Source: Methanocaldococcus sp. 16A
GTDB lineage: Archaea; AGJL01; Methanococci; Methanococcales; Methanocaldococcaceae
Direction: 5' to 3' (one strand)
Assembly (NCBI GenBank): GCA_049860595.1
Contig: CP187551.1
DNA length: 64,000 nt
Positions within the stretch are counted from its first letter, which is position 1. Each line of letters opens with the position of its first letter. The translations under genes and the position numbers were made by a program. The notes below the pieces were generated by a model, which made no database searches, was not told the origin of the DNA, and saw nothing but the letters and a program-made list of their open reading frames with translations. Below, one piece after another: positions 10,686 to 20,758 of the stretch.

Positions 10686-10721
10686 ATGATACGCCGAACC
10701 CGTTAAAGGGAGGCGTATCAT
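10686..10721 (+). promoter_or_regulatory. Archaeal SECIS element in the fmdB 3' UTR
   Basis: ATGATACGCC-GAA-CCC-GTTAAA-GGG-A-GGCGTATCAT: 10-bp stem, GAA/A internal loop, three G-C pairs, apical loop. Confidence 0.92.
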
Positions 10722-10815
10722 AGCTCTTATTATTTTTATTTTTTTACAACATTTAGTAACTAATTTTGATTGATTTATTGAATAAAAATTAATTTAATAT
10801 AATTACGGTGATACT

Positions 10816-11947
10816 ATGATTTCAGTTAAAGAGGCAGAGAAGATTTTAGAGAAATTCAGATTTAACAAAACCGAATATATTAAAATAGAGGAAGCTTATG
10901 GAAGGGTTTTAGCTGAAGATGTTATAAGTGATACAGATATTCCAAGATTTGACAGAAGTGATATTGACGGCTATGCAGTAACAGAAATTTTAGATGAGTA
11001 TGTTTTAATTGAAGAAGTTTTTGCTGGAGATGATAAAGATTTAGTGATAGAGGGAAACGAATGTGTTTTAGTAGCAACAGGAGGGAAAGTTCCAAAAAAT
11101 ACAAAGTATGTTATACCAGTCGAAAATACAGTAAGAGTTAGAAATAAAGTAGTAGTTATTAGTTTTGATAGAATTGAAGGAATTTCAAAAAAGGGTTGTG
11201 ATATAAAAAAAAGGAGAGATAATTTTAAAGAAAGGCACTTTAATAAATGAGAGAAATATTGGAGTTTTGGCAGGATTGGGCATTGAAGAGATAAAAGTTT
11301 ATAAAATCCCAAAAGTAGGAATTATATCAACCGGTAATGAATTATTTAAGATGACTAAAGATATAAATTCAAAAACAATATCATCCATTGTAAAAAAAGC
11401 AGGTTGTGAGCCAATATTTTTAGGAATTGCAAAAGATGACTTTAATGAAATAAAAGAGAAAATAATTAACGCATCAGAAAAATGTGATATTGTTGTAACC
11501 TCTGGTGGAGTTTCTGTTGGAAAAAAGGATTTCCTACCGAGGGTTGTTGATGAATTGGGTGAGATTTTATTCCATAAGGTTAAGATGAGACCCGGCATGC
11601 CTATGCTATTTGGAAAAGTAAATGATAAACCTATTTTTTGCATGCCAGGGAATGTAGTTTCATGTTTAGTTTGCAGTTATATGTTTTTGCTTCCTTTTTT
11701 AATGAAAATGACACACAAACCATATAGAAAGAGAATTATTAAAGCAGAGTTATCAGAAAAAATTGTATCAGAACCAGATTTTTTATATTTAAGACCTGTG
11801 AAATTAAAAAATGGAATAGCCTATCCAATATTTAAAGGTTCTAATATACTAACTTCAATATTAGATGCCGATGGATTAGTCATAATAAAAGAAAATGAAT
11901 TAGAAAAGAACGAAGGAGAGATAATTGATGTTTGGCTGTTTGACTAA
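10816..11947 (+). pseudogene. moeA: Molybdopterin molybdenumtransferase MoeA, frameshifted at an A8 run (11205-11212)
   Basis: N-part GRVLAED..PRFDRSDIDGYAV..VATGG; C-part IISTGNE, TSGGVSVG..D, PGNVVS; deleting one A gives a continuous 376-aa ORF (KGCDIKKGEIILKKGT...). Confidence 0.85.
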
Positions 11948-11976
11948 TTTATTGCTTTTTTAAATTTGGTGAAAGA

Positions 11977-12741
11977 ATGATAATAGAAAAAATAAAAGAA
12001 AGAGCTTTAAATCTATTAAATGAAAAGGAAGATAAATTTAAAATATTAGATTTTTCTTTTGCTTTACCTTATAGTTATGTGTTAATTGAAAGCAATGGTA
12101 AAAAAGCTTTAGGCGTGGCAATGACATTATTGGAAGAGTATAGAGGGCATAAAAAGGATATAAATATATACAAAAATTTAGAAGATTTTATAAACATGGT
12201 AGATAGTTTTGATATTGTTGAAAGAACATTAGGATTAGCTGCAATAAATGCAGTATCTCAATATTATTTAAACTTTGAGGCAAATTGTAGAGATGCCACT
12301 GAGTTAGTTTTGAATAGGAATGATATTAAAAAAATTGCTTTTATTGGAAATATGATGCCAGTTGTTAATATGCTAAAAAAATCAGGAAAATTTGATATAT
12401 ATGTTTTTGAAAGAAATCCTTCTTTGTTATGTGAAGATGTTTTAAGTGATAGTTTTGAATATAGGTTATTACCAGAGATGGACGCAGTATTTATAAGCGG
12501 AACATCATTATTAAACGATACATTAGATTTTGTTTTAGATAGGGCTAAAAATGCCAAACTAAAGATTTTAGTAGGTCCTACTGCTCAGTCTCTACCAGAT
12601 TTATTTAAAGGGTTTGGTATAACTCATATAGCATCAACAAAGATTGTAAATGTTGATAAAGCACTCCTATATTTAAAATTTGCATCCTCTTCAATGCTAT
12701 TCAAAGAAGCTTCAAAGAAATATACCATTGAAGTTAAATAA
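11977..12741 (+). CDS. DUF364/DUF4213 Rossmann-like protein
   Basis: LGLAAINAVSQ, ISGTSLLNDTLD and LVGPTA motifs. Confidence 0.75.
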   Translation: MIIEKIKERALNLLNEKEDKFKILDFSFALPYSYVLIESNGKKALGVAMTLLEEYRGHKKDINIYKNLEDFINMVDSFDIVERTLGLAAINAVSQYYLNFEANCRDATELVLNRNDIKKIAFIGNMMPVVNMLKKSGKFDIYVFERNPSLLCEDVLSDSFEYRLLPEMDAVFISGTSLLNDTLDFVLDRAKNAKLKILVGPTAQSLPDLFKGFGITHIASTKIVNVDKALLYLKFASSSMLFKEASKKYTIEVK

Positions 12742-12744
12742 AAA

Positions 12745-12817
12745 TTAATTCCTCTCAGATACCCCGAAAGGGTTCATCATATTAATCAGCTTTTATTGCT
12801 CATCATCGAGGAATTAA
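12745..12817 (-). ncRNA. Box C/D guide sRNA
   Basis: Minus strand: C ATGATGA, guide GCAATAAAAG, D' CTGA, C' ATGATGA, guide ACCCTTTCGGGGTAT, D CTGA; closed by a 10-bp terminal stem TTAATTCCTC/GAGGAATTAA. Confidence 0.88.
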
Positions 12818-12941
12818 AAATTATTCCTAAATCCTACAACTATACATAAATAAAATTTTTATAAACTTTTTTATATCACTTAGAATCTAAAAGTATATCC
12901 ACACTTATTCTTATAAAGACATTGATATCTATGGTGAAAGT

Positions 12942-14216
12942 ATGGGAATGACAATTGCAGAAAAGATATTAGCAAAAGCTTCTGGAAAGAAAGAGGTTAG
13001 CCCAGGAGATATTGTAATGGCAAACATTGATGTGGCAATGGTTCATGATATTACAGGACCTTTAACAGTCAATACATTAAAAGAGTATGGAATTGAGAAA
13101 GTTTGGAATCCTGAAAAAATTGTTATCTTATTTGACCACCAAGTTCCTGCTGATAGTATAAAAGCAGCTGAAAACCATATATTAATGAGAAAATTTGTTA
13201 AAGAACAGGGTATTAAATACTTCTATGATATTAGAGAAGGAGTTTGTCATCAAGTATTGCCAGAAAAAGGACATATAGCCCCTGGAGAGGTTGTTGTTGG
13301 TGCTGATAGCCATACATGCACACATGGAGCTTTAGGAGCATTTTCTACTGGAATAGGCTCAACAGACATGGCTCACGTATTTGCAACTGGTAAATTATGG
13401 TTTAAAGTTCCTGAAACTATTTACTTCAACATTACAGGAGATTTACAACCTTACGTTACTTCAAAGGATGTTATTTTATCAATTATAGGAGAAGTTGGTG
13501 TTGATGGAGCTACATATAAAGCGTGCCAATTTGGAGGAGAAACCGTTAAAAAAATGAGTATTGCTTCAAGAATGACTATGACAAACATGGCTATTGAGAT
13601 GGGAGGAAAAACTGGAATTATTGAACCAGATGAAAAAACAATACAATATGTAAAAGAGGCTATGAAAAAACATGGAACTGAAAGACCATTTGAAGTAATA
13701 AAAGGAGATGAAGATGCTGAATTTGCTGAAGTTTATGAAATTGAAGCTGATAAAATAGAGCCTGTTTTTGCTTGCCCACACAATGTAGATAATGTTAAAC
13801 AGGCAAGGGAAGTTGCAGGAAAACCAATAGACCAAGTATTCATAGGAAGCTGTACAAACGGAAGATTAGAAGATTTAAGAATGGCTATAGAAATCATTGA
13901 GAAACATGGTGGAATAGCAGATAATGTTAGAGTTGTTGTAACTCCAGCTTCAAGAGAAGAGTATTTAAAAGCTTTAAAAGAAGGAATAATTGAGAAATTC
14001 TTAAAGTATGGATGTGTTGTTACAAACCCTTCATGCTCTGCTTGTATGGGTTCATTGTATGGAGTTCTTGGAAAAGGAGAAGTTTGTGTCTCAACATCAA
14101 ACAGAAACTTCAGAGGAAGACAAGGTTCATTAGAGGCAGAGATTTACTTAGCATCACCAATAACAGCTGCTGCATGTGCTGTTAAAGGAGAACTCGTAGA
14201 CCCAAGAGATTTATAA
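12942..14216 (+). CDS. leuC: Isopropylmalate/citramalate isomerase large subunit
   Basis: [28 protein letters not shown] and STSNRNF.GRQG aconitase motifs. Confidence 0.88.
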   Translation: MGMTIAEKILAKASGKKEVSPGDIVMANIDVAMVHDITGPLTVNTLKEYGIEKVWNPEKIVILFDHQVPADSIKAAENHILMRKFVKEQGIKYFYDIREGVCHQVLPEKGHIAPGEVVVGADSHTCTHGALGAFSTGIGSTDMAHVFATGKLWFKVPETIYFNITGDLQPYVTSKDVILSIIGEVGVDGATYKACQFGGETVKKMSIASRMTMTNMAIEMGGKTGIIEPDEKTIQYVKEAMKKHGTERPFEVIKGDEDAEFAEVYEIEADKIEPVFACPHNVDNVKQAREVAGKPIDQVFIGSCTNGRLEDLRMAIEIIEKHGGIADNVRVVVTPASREEYLKALKEGIIEKFLKYGCVVTNPSCSACMGSLYGVLGKGEVCVSTSNRNFRGRQGSLEAEIYLASPITAAACAVKGELVDPRDL

Positions 14217-14388
14217 TTCTTATAAATTTTATTTTGATTTTTTCTCTTTTTAACATTTTTATGCTCAAAATATTATTTAAAAGAATTTTTTTCTTTTTTA
14301 AAGCTTTGATTTAGTTTATAATTAACAATAAAATTTATAAAATATAACAAGAAAAATTTAAATTAATATTAAAATTTATGGTGAAATA

Positions 14389-14856
14389 ATGAAAAAGACA
14401 AAGGTTATAGTTTTAGCTGAAAACTCCCTAACTACTCCAGGTAAATTAGTTAGGTATTTAAATTCATTAAATCTACCTATTGTTGTAAAAGAAACTTGTT
14501 TTGGTGCATATATTGAAGGAGAAGAAGAGTTAGTAGATAAGTTAGCTCAAGAGATTAGAAATTATGAAAAGAATAGGATATTTTGTAAAGATAGGGGCTA
14601 TCCAATTTGGGATAAGAGAAGGTGTAGAGCATTTAGAGGAGGAGGGCCAAGAGAAGGTTTTCACCAATTAGAGGCTGAACAAGCGGTTTTAGACAAAATT
14701 GGTTTAGCATTAGATAAACTTGAAAAAGAAGGACTAAAACCAATGGAAGAAGTTTTAGCTAAAGAAAATGAACTGATAAAGAAAGAGAAAAAAATATCTG
14801 TAGAAGAGTTTAAAAACATAGTTAAAAAGGTATTAGGGAGCAAAAATGAGGCATAA
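14389..14856 (+). CDS. Methanogenesis marker protein 6 (DUF2102)
   Basis: KETCFG, KDRGYP..D.RRCRA..GGGPREGFHQLE motifs. Confidence 0.8.
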   Translation: MKKTKVIVLAENSLTTPGKLVRYLNSLNLPIVVKETCFGAYIEGEEELVDKLAQEIRNYEKNRIFCKDRGYPIWDKRRCRAFRGGGPREGFHQLEAEQAVLDKIGLALDKLEKEGLKPMEEVLAKENELIKKEKKISVEEFKNIVKKVLGSKNEA

Positions 14857-15247
14857 ATATAGAAAAGGAAGCACTTTTGAGAGAGAATTAAAAAAACTTT
14901 TAGAAAAGGAGGGATTTGCAGTAATTAGAAGTGCTGGAAGTAAGGGAGTTGATTTAATAGCTGGAAGAAATGGAGAGATTTTAATATTTGAGTGTAAATC
15001 ATCATCAAAAAGTAAATTTTATGTAAACAGAGAAGATGTTGAAAAACTCATTAACTTCTCTAAAACATTCGGAGGAAAACCATATTTAGCAATAAAATTT
15101 AACGGAGAGATGTTATTTATAAATCCCCACCTTTTATCAACTAATGGAAAAAACTATGTAATTGATGAGAAGATAAAAGTTATTGCTATTGATTTTTATG
15201 AAGTAGTTGGTAAAGGAAAGCAGTTAAAAATAGATGATATGATTTAA
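14846..15247 (+). CDS. hjc: Holliday junction resolvase Hjc
   Basis: [21 protein letters not shown] and ECKS motifs. Confidence 0.92.
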   Translation: MRHKYRKGSTFERELKKLLEKEGFAVIRSAGSKGVDLIAGRNGEILIFECKSSSKSKFYVNREDVEKLINFSKTFGGKPYLAIKFNGEMLFINPHLLSTNGKNYVIDEKIKVIAIDFYEVVGKGKQLKIDDMI

Positions 15248-15669
15248 TCTAATTTTAGATTTTCGCTTATAATTTTTGTTATTATAACGCTTAACAAAGC
15301 AATTTTCTTTGGTTTTACTACAACTGATATATGCCTATCATTTTTATGAAATCCAACGAGAATTGAAGCTACTCTATTTTCATCTGCTGGCAAAACACCT
15401 ATTGAAACCCTTCCATCAACACCAAAAACTGTTCCAATATCATGAATGTGATAAACTTTAATATTATCTTTTTTAAAGTCCTTGTTTATTTTTTCTGCTA
15501 CTACTGCACTCTGTTCCATTAAAATTTTTAATAAAGCGGCTGATTCAAAATTCATTCTTATACTTTCCTCTACATCCTTAGATTTCATTTTAAATATTAA
15601 CTGTTTTCCATCACACTCTACACCTAACTTCTTGTATGGTAAATCAACTACATACACAGTTCTCACCAA
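15244..15669 (-). CDS. Hypothetical protein
   Basis: 141-aa ORF with protein-like composition; no motif recognised. Confidence 0.6.
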   Translation of the reverse strand: MVRTVYVVDLPYKKLGVECDGKQLIFKMKSKDVEESIRMNFESAALLKILMEQSAVVAEKINKDFKKDNIKVYHIHDIGTVFGVDGRVSIGVLPADENRVASILVGFHKNDRHISVVVKPKKIALLSVIITKIISENLKLD

Positions 15670-15733
15670 AGTTCATTGAGACAACCTTGAGATAAAATTA
15701 TTTTTGTTATGTTGGATATATAAAAGATACGGT

Positions 15734-15828
15734 TATAGTTTTTTGCAAAACTTTTTAGAATAAATAAGGCACATAATGGACACTTTAAATCTTCATTTTG
15801 GTTTTAACAAATTTTACTAAAAACTATA
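15734..15828. repeat. Palindromic MITE-like repeat, family 2 (TATAGTTTT.TGCAAAA termini)
   Basis: TATAGTTTTTTGCAAAA...TTTTACTAAAAACTATA; interior resembles the reverse complement of the copy at 17828. Confidence 0.6.
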
Positions 15829-17226
15829 TTACCCCCATTTTCTAACTCTTTTCAATATCACTCTTTCTCCCCCACTAATATCCCCATCAAATTCAGCAAT
15901 TAAAGCTCCCTTAGTCCCAAATGTTCCTTTTATAATTCCCCACACATCCTTATCCGGAACATAAACTTTTTCTCCAATAAGTTTTTCTCCAGATGATTTA
16001 GATGTAGCCAATCCTTCAATATAGATTTTATCTTTTTTCTTAACAATTTTTCCTTCTCTAACAACTATCTTTTTAACTTCTACATCTTCAAATCCTACAA
16101 CCTCTCCAAAACCACAAATTCTCAAAGTTGTTGGAGGCAAGTCCAATCTCATTATCAAAACTTTATCTCCTTCCTCAACAACAACCTTCTCTTCTAATTT
16201 AAAGATACAGTAGCAAGAATCTCCTCCTGTAATTTCTTCTAAAATTATTGGCTCTTCTTTATCGTTAATTTTCTCTATTTTATATGGGATTATCGTAGCT
16301 GGAACTGTTAAAAGCCCAATATTTATATGAACCTTCATCTTTGGAGTCAAATTGTATTTAAATAAATTAAGAATCTTTATCTTTGCTATAAACTTATCTA
16401 CAACCTTTAATTTTGTATCTTCTGAAGTTAAGATACAACCCCTAAACAAACTATCTGGCTCAATTCCCATTAAAGCCATTCCTACCCTATCTCCAGCATA
16501 AGCTTTCTCAACATCTTGTTTAAAGCACTGTATGCTTTTAACTTTAACCTCATGGTTTATTGGTAGAATTCTTAGAGTATCTCCAACCTCTACTTTCCCT
16601 TTATGAATTGTTCCGGTTATAACAGTCCCAACCCCTTTTATTTTAAATGCATGGTCAATAGGCATTTTTAAATAGCTATTTATCTCTCTTTCAATATTTA
16701 AGCTATCTAATAAATTTTTAAGCTCTTTCTTTAATTCTTCTATTCCCTCTCCAGTTTTTGCTGAGATTTTAACAATTTTGGAGTTCTTTAAATTCATAGT
16801 TGAGCTTAATATTTGTTTCATAAACATTTCAGTTCTTTTAATTTCCTCATCACTTGCAATATCTATCTTATTTATAACAACAATTGTTGGGATGTTTAAT
16901 AAGTCCAAAACCAATAAATGCTCTCCAGTTTGAGTTTTTGGTCCTTCTTTAGCATCTACAACTAATAAAGCAGCATCTATTATATTCCCTGCCCCAATAG
17001 CAGTTCTTATCAACTCAGAATGTCCAGGGGCATCAACTAAGGTAATTCTATATCTATCTAAAATAAAAGAAGAAAAGCCTAAATCAATAGTTATCCCTCT
17101 TTTTTGAGATTCTTTTGGTTTGTCTAATGCAGATGTTGAGACAATCTCTGTTAGTTGTTTTGCTAATTGTGTTTTTCCATGGTCAATATGTCCAAACAAT
17201 CCAACATTTACATTTTTCATTTCCAT
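15829..17226 (-). CDS. selB: Selenocysteine-specific translation elongation factor
   Basis: GHIDHGKT, RGITIDLGFS, DAPGH and NKID motifs; archaeal SelB C-terminal domain (G.FGTKG). Confidence 0.95.
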   Translation of the reverse strand: MEMKNVNVGLFGHIDHGKTQLAKQLTEIVSTSALDKPKESQKRGITIDLGFSSFILDRYRITLVDAPGHSELIRTAIGAGNIIDAALLVVDAKEGPKTQTGEHLLVLDLLNIPTIVVINKIDIASDEEIKRTEMFMKQILSSTMNLKNSKIVKISAKTGEGIEELKKELKNLLDSLNIEREINSYLKMPIDHAFKIKGVGTVITGTIHKGKVEVGDTLRILPINHEVKVKSIQCFKQDVEKAYAGDRVGMALMGIEPDSLFRGCILTSEDTKLKVVDKFIAKIKILNLFKYNLTPKMKVHINIGLLTVPATIIPYKIEKINDKEEPIILEEITGGDSCYCIFKLEEKVVVEEGDKVLIMRLDLPPTTLRICGFGEVVGFEDVEVKKIVVREGKIVKKKDKIYIEGLATSKSSGEKLIGEKVYVPDKDVWGIIKGTFGTKGALIAEFDGDISGGERVILKRVRKWG

Positions 17227-17241
17227 AAAACTCCACCTAAA

Positions 17242-17646
17242 CTATTTTTGTTTTTTAGCTCTCAATCTTTCTCTTCTAATTATATACCATCTTTTTGGAT
17301 TTTTTATTTTTAAAAATTTGATTTTTGCTTTTCTTATTGTTCCAGAAACTCCTAAGCAAATAATATTTATTGGCTTCTCTTTAAATTCCCTAACCAAAAT
17401 TAAAGAGCTTTTTACATAATCAACATTCTCTCTCTGACATCTCAAAATTCCATAGGGAAAATCATAATAAACAAGCCATGGATTTGCCTTAGATGTTCCC
17501 CAAGAGCCGTAATATTCCAAAACAGCTTTTCTAATTAAATTAACAACCTCTCCCTCTTTTAACTCTTCATCATACAATATTTTAAAGGCAATATATCTCT
17601 TTTTCTCTCTTAAAGTTGGTGGTAAGGTTTTAAGCATTTCTATCAC
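17242..17646 (-). CDS. rnp2: RNase P protein component 2 (Pop5)
   Basis: LPPTLREKKRYIAF and GVSGTIRKA motifs. Confidence 0.92.
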   Translation of the reverse strand: MIEMLKTLPPTLREKKRYIAFKILYDEELKEGEVVNLIRKAVLEYYGSWGTSKANPWLVYYDFPYGILRCQRENVDYVKSSLILVREFKEKPINIICLGVSGTIRKAKIKFLKIKNPKRWYIIRRERLRAKKQK

Positions 17647-17720
17647 TCAATAAATAGTAATTGTATTTAGAAATTTTAAAATTTTATAATTATACATATT
17701 TTTAACAAAAGTTTTTATAA

Positions 17721-17811
17721 TAGGACTTTCGCAGGACTAAATATCACTATGAAAGTTTATGCTCTTTGAGCATATAAATTCTAATAGTATATATAAAATG
17801 CGAAAGTCCTA
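17721..17811. repeat. Palindromic MJRE-like repeat, family 1 (intact copy)
   Basis: Perfect 13-bp TIRs TAGGACTTTCGCA / TGCGAAAGTCCTA with central hairpin ATGCTC-TTT-GAGCAT. Confidence 0.85.
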
Positions 17812-17827
17812 ATTATTTAAGTTTTAT

Positions 17828-17936
17828 TATAGTTTTGTACAAAATAAACAAAACCTTATAAGGAAAATTTGATGCCATTCTTTTGAAAGGCATTCATTAA
17901 TGCCTTATTCATTATAAACACTTTTGCACTAAACTA
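17828..17936. repeat. Palindromic MITE-like repeat, family 2
   Basis: TATAGTTTTGTACAAAA...TTTTGCACTAAACTA with central ATGCC..GGCAT hairpin. Confidence 0.65.
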
Positions 17937-17970
17937 ATAAATATTCTAAAAATTTAACTGAGGGATATTT

Positions 17971-18837
17971 ATGCTTAAAGATTATGCTCTCAAAATACTA
18001 AAAAAATCGTTAGAGTATGATGTTGGATTTGGCGATATCACAACAAATTCTATAATTCCAGAAGGTTTAAAAGCCAAAGGAGTTATTAAAGCTAAAGAGC
18101 CATGTATTGTTTGTGGGATTGATTTTATAGTTGCATTTTTTGAAGAATATAACATAAGATGTAAAAAATTATTTAATGATGGTGATGAAGCTTATGGAAA
18201 TATATTAGAGCTTGAAGGAGATGCGAGAACAATATTAATGCTTGAAAGAACCGCTTTAAACTTATTTATGTATTTGTCCGGAATTGCCACGACAACAAAT
18301 AGAATAATTAATAAAGTTAGAAAGATAAATAAAAAAGTTAGGATTGCTTGTACAAGAAAAACGCTTCCTCTATTATCTCCATTACAGAAATATGCGGTAT
18401 ATATTGGTGGGGGAGATACTCATAGATTTAGATTGGATGACTGTGTTTTGATTAAAGATAATCACATAGCAATAGTGGGAATAAAAGAAGCTATTAAAAG
18501 AGCTAAAGAAAACGTTAGTTTTACAAAAAAGATTGAAGTTGAAGTTAGCGACTTAGAAGAGTTGAAAGAGGCCTTAGAAGAGAGAGCTGATATAATAATG
18601 CTCGACAACTTTAAACCTGAAGATATAGGAAGAGCCTTAAAGATAATTGATGACTTTGAAAGAAGAAATAATTTTAGACCTATAATTGAAGTTAGTGGAG
18701 GGATTAAAGAAGATAATATTTTAGAGTATGCAAAATACAACATTGATGTCATATCTTTAGGAATTTTAACACATTCAGTAAAAAGTATTGATATGAGTTT
18801 AGACATAACATTTTCAGCAAGAAATAATAAAAAATAA
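17971..18837 (+). CDS. nadC: Nicotinate-nucleotide pyrophosphorylase (carboxylating)
   Basis: TRKT.P, HRF.L.D..LIKDNH, IEVEV, IMLDN and EVSGG motifs. Confidence 0.95.
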   Translation: MLKDYALKILKKSLEYDVGFGDITTNSIIPEGLKAKGVIKAKEPCIVCGIDFIVAFFEEYNIRCKKLFNDGDEAYGNILELEGDARTILMLERTALNLFMYLSGIATTTNRIINKVRKINKKVRIACTRKTLPLLSPLQKYAVYIGGGDTHRFRLDDCVLIKDNHIAIVGIKEAIKRAKENVSFTKKIEVEVSDLEELKEALEERADIIMLDNFKPEDIGRALKIIDDFERRNNFRPIIEVSGGIKEDNILEYAKYNIDVISLGILTHSVKSIDMSLDITFSARNNKK

Positions 18838-19000
18838 AAACTATTACTAAAAAAAATAAAAAATAAAATAAAAATTATATTATCTTACTTTTTAATTTTT
18901 ATTTTTAAAATATTTTAAAATAAGAAGCTTATTTATATATTTAATTAAATCATTGATTAGAGATTATTTTTTATTAAATAAAGGGATTTGGGGTTATATT

Positions 19001-19294
19001 ATGGATATCATACTAATCATGGCAGTATTGTTATTATTGGTGGGTGTTAGTTTAGCAATAGCATTTACCTCATTAAATAAAAATAAAATTCAAACTGTTA
19101 CAGCATATAAAAGAATCCTAGAAGAAAAGGTCGACTGCGAGATTAAAATATTAAAAAATTTAAAAAATAATGTGTGTTCTGAAGCTTCGGACGAGATTAT
19201 TAACAATATTCTAAATAGCGAAAATACCATTTTAAAAAATGCACTCAATGATAACTTAGATGATGCAGATATTTCTAAAAAATTAAGAAGGTAG
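19001..19294 (+). CDS. Hypothetical single-TM membrane protein
   Basis: N-terminal hydrophobic helix; probable start at ATG 19001. Confidence 0.55.
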   Translation: MDIILIMAVLLLLVGVSLAIAFTSLNKNKIQTVTAYKRILEEKVDCEIKILKNLKNNVCSEASDEIINNILNSENTILKNALNDNLDDADISKKLRR

Positions 19295-19711
19295 TAAAAT
19301 TCCTACAACTTCAATAAATTTTGGATTTTTTAATTTCTTATCAAAATACATACAAATTCCAACCATTATATTTCTTTTTTTGGCAATAATGTAATCACAC
19401 TCACATCCAATCATTTCAAAACTCTCTTTCATTCTTTCAAAACCAAAAGTGTCAGGGTATAAAGGGTTTTCATTTAAAATCTCATTTATTCTATTGACAA
19501 ACTTATCTATCTCATCAATATCATCAACTATGTCAAATCCTTCTTTTTTCAGTTTTTCAGTTAAGTATTTTTTAATATTATCATATTTTTCAAATTCTTC
19601 ATCTCTGCAAACTCCTTTAACCATTAACATATCATCAGTTTCAAATAATGGCTTAGAGCCTTTAAAAGCATTTAAAGCATGCATCAATTTTCCAATATTT
19701 GCTTTCCACAT
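19283..19711 (-). CDS. Conserved methanogen hypothetical protein (DUF2120-like)
   Basis: AFKGSKP, LMVKGVCRD and GFERMKESFE.IGC.CDY motifs. Confidence 0.6.
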   Translation of the reverse strand: MWKANIGKLMHALNAFKGSKPLFETDDMLMVKGVCRDEEFEKYDNIKKYLTEKLKKEGFDIVDDIDEIDKFVNRINEILNENPLYPDTFGFERMKESFEMIGCECDYIIAKKRNIMVGICMYFDKKLKNPKFIEVVGILLPS

Positions 19712-19723
19712 AATAACACCAAA

Positions 19724-20665
19724 TTATAAATTTTTAACTTCCTCACAGTATTTTTTAATAATTTCAGCTGATTTTCTAAATGCAATTAACTCATCTCTGC
19801 TAAGTTCAATGGATACAATCTCCTCTATTCCATCTCTTCCAATCTTCACTGGAACACCAATACATAAATCTCTAATTCCATCAAACTCTCCATCTACATA
19901 GGCTGATAGAGTTAGTAACCTCTTCTCATTATTTACGATACATCTAACTACATTTAAAATAGCTGCTGCAGGCCCAAACTCAGAACCACCTTTTAATCTA
20001 ATAATCTGCTCTCCTTTTGTTTTAACATCCTCTATAATCTCATCTATTGGCAAATCCTTAAATTCTTCAAACTTATCAATTGGGATTCCTCCAATAGATG
20101 TGGCACTCAACAATGGAACCATACTATCTCCATGCTCTCCAATAATTCTTGTTCTAACCTCATCAATATGCACTCCAAAGAACTTAGCAATAGCTACCTT
20201 AAACCTTAAAGAATCTAAGTGTGTTCCCAAACCAAAAACCTGATTTCTTTCAAATTTTGAATCCACCAAAGCTTTATATGTCATTACATCTACAGGGTTT
20301 GTTATAACAAATATCTTTGTATCACATATCTCAGCTATTTTTTTAGCATATTTTCCAACAATTTTTGCATTTGTTTTTGCTAAATCCATCCTACTCATTC
20401 CTTCTTTTCTCGGAACTCCACTTGTTATTATAACAATATCACTTTCATCAATAATCTTTAAGTTTTCATCACTCTCAACGTATATGTTTGCATCACTTCT
20501 TGTTCCTGCTAAAGCATCATAAATATCTCTTTTTAATCCTTCTAATTTATTTATTGAATGCTCTCTCCCAATTAACACCAAATCTTTCATAAAAGGTTCT
20601 TTAGCTAATAATAAAGCTGTTGCACTTCCAACTTTACCAGAAGCTCCTATAATTGTAACTTTCAT
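19724..20665 (-). CDS. mdh: LDH-like malate dehydrogenase
   Basis: GASGKVG, GVPRKEGMSR.DL, NPVD, LDSLRF and GEHGDSM motifs. Confidence 0.92.
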   Translation of the reverse strand: MKVTIIGASGKVGSATALLLAKEPFMKDLVLIGREHSINKLEGLKRDIYDALAGTRSDANIYVESDENLKIIDESDIVIITSGVPRKEGMSRMDLAKTNAKIVGKYAKKIAEICDTKIFVITNPVDVMTYKALVDSKFERNQVFGLGTHLDSLRFKVAIAKFFGVHIDEVRTRIIGEHGDSMVPLLSATSIGGIPIDKFEEFKDLPIDEIIEDVKTKGEQIIRLKGGSEFGPAAAILNVVRCIVNNEKRLLTLSAYVDGEFDGIRDLCIGVPVKIGRDGIEEIVSIELSRDELIAFRKSAEIIKKYCEEVKNL

Positions 20666-20758
20666 AGTATCCCCTCAAAAGTTAGTAAAATTACTGTTTC
20701 AAAGAAAGTTTATTATTATATTTTCTAAGAATATTCTATACAAAATAAAAACTAAATA

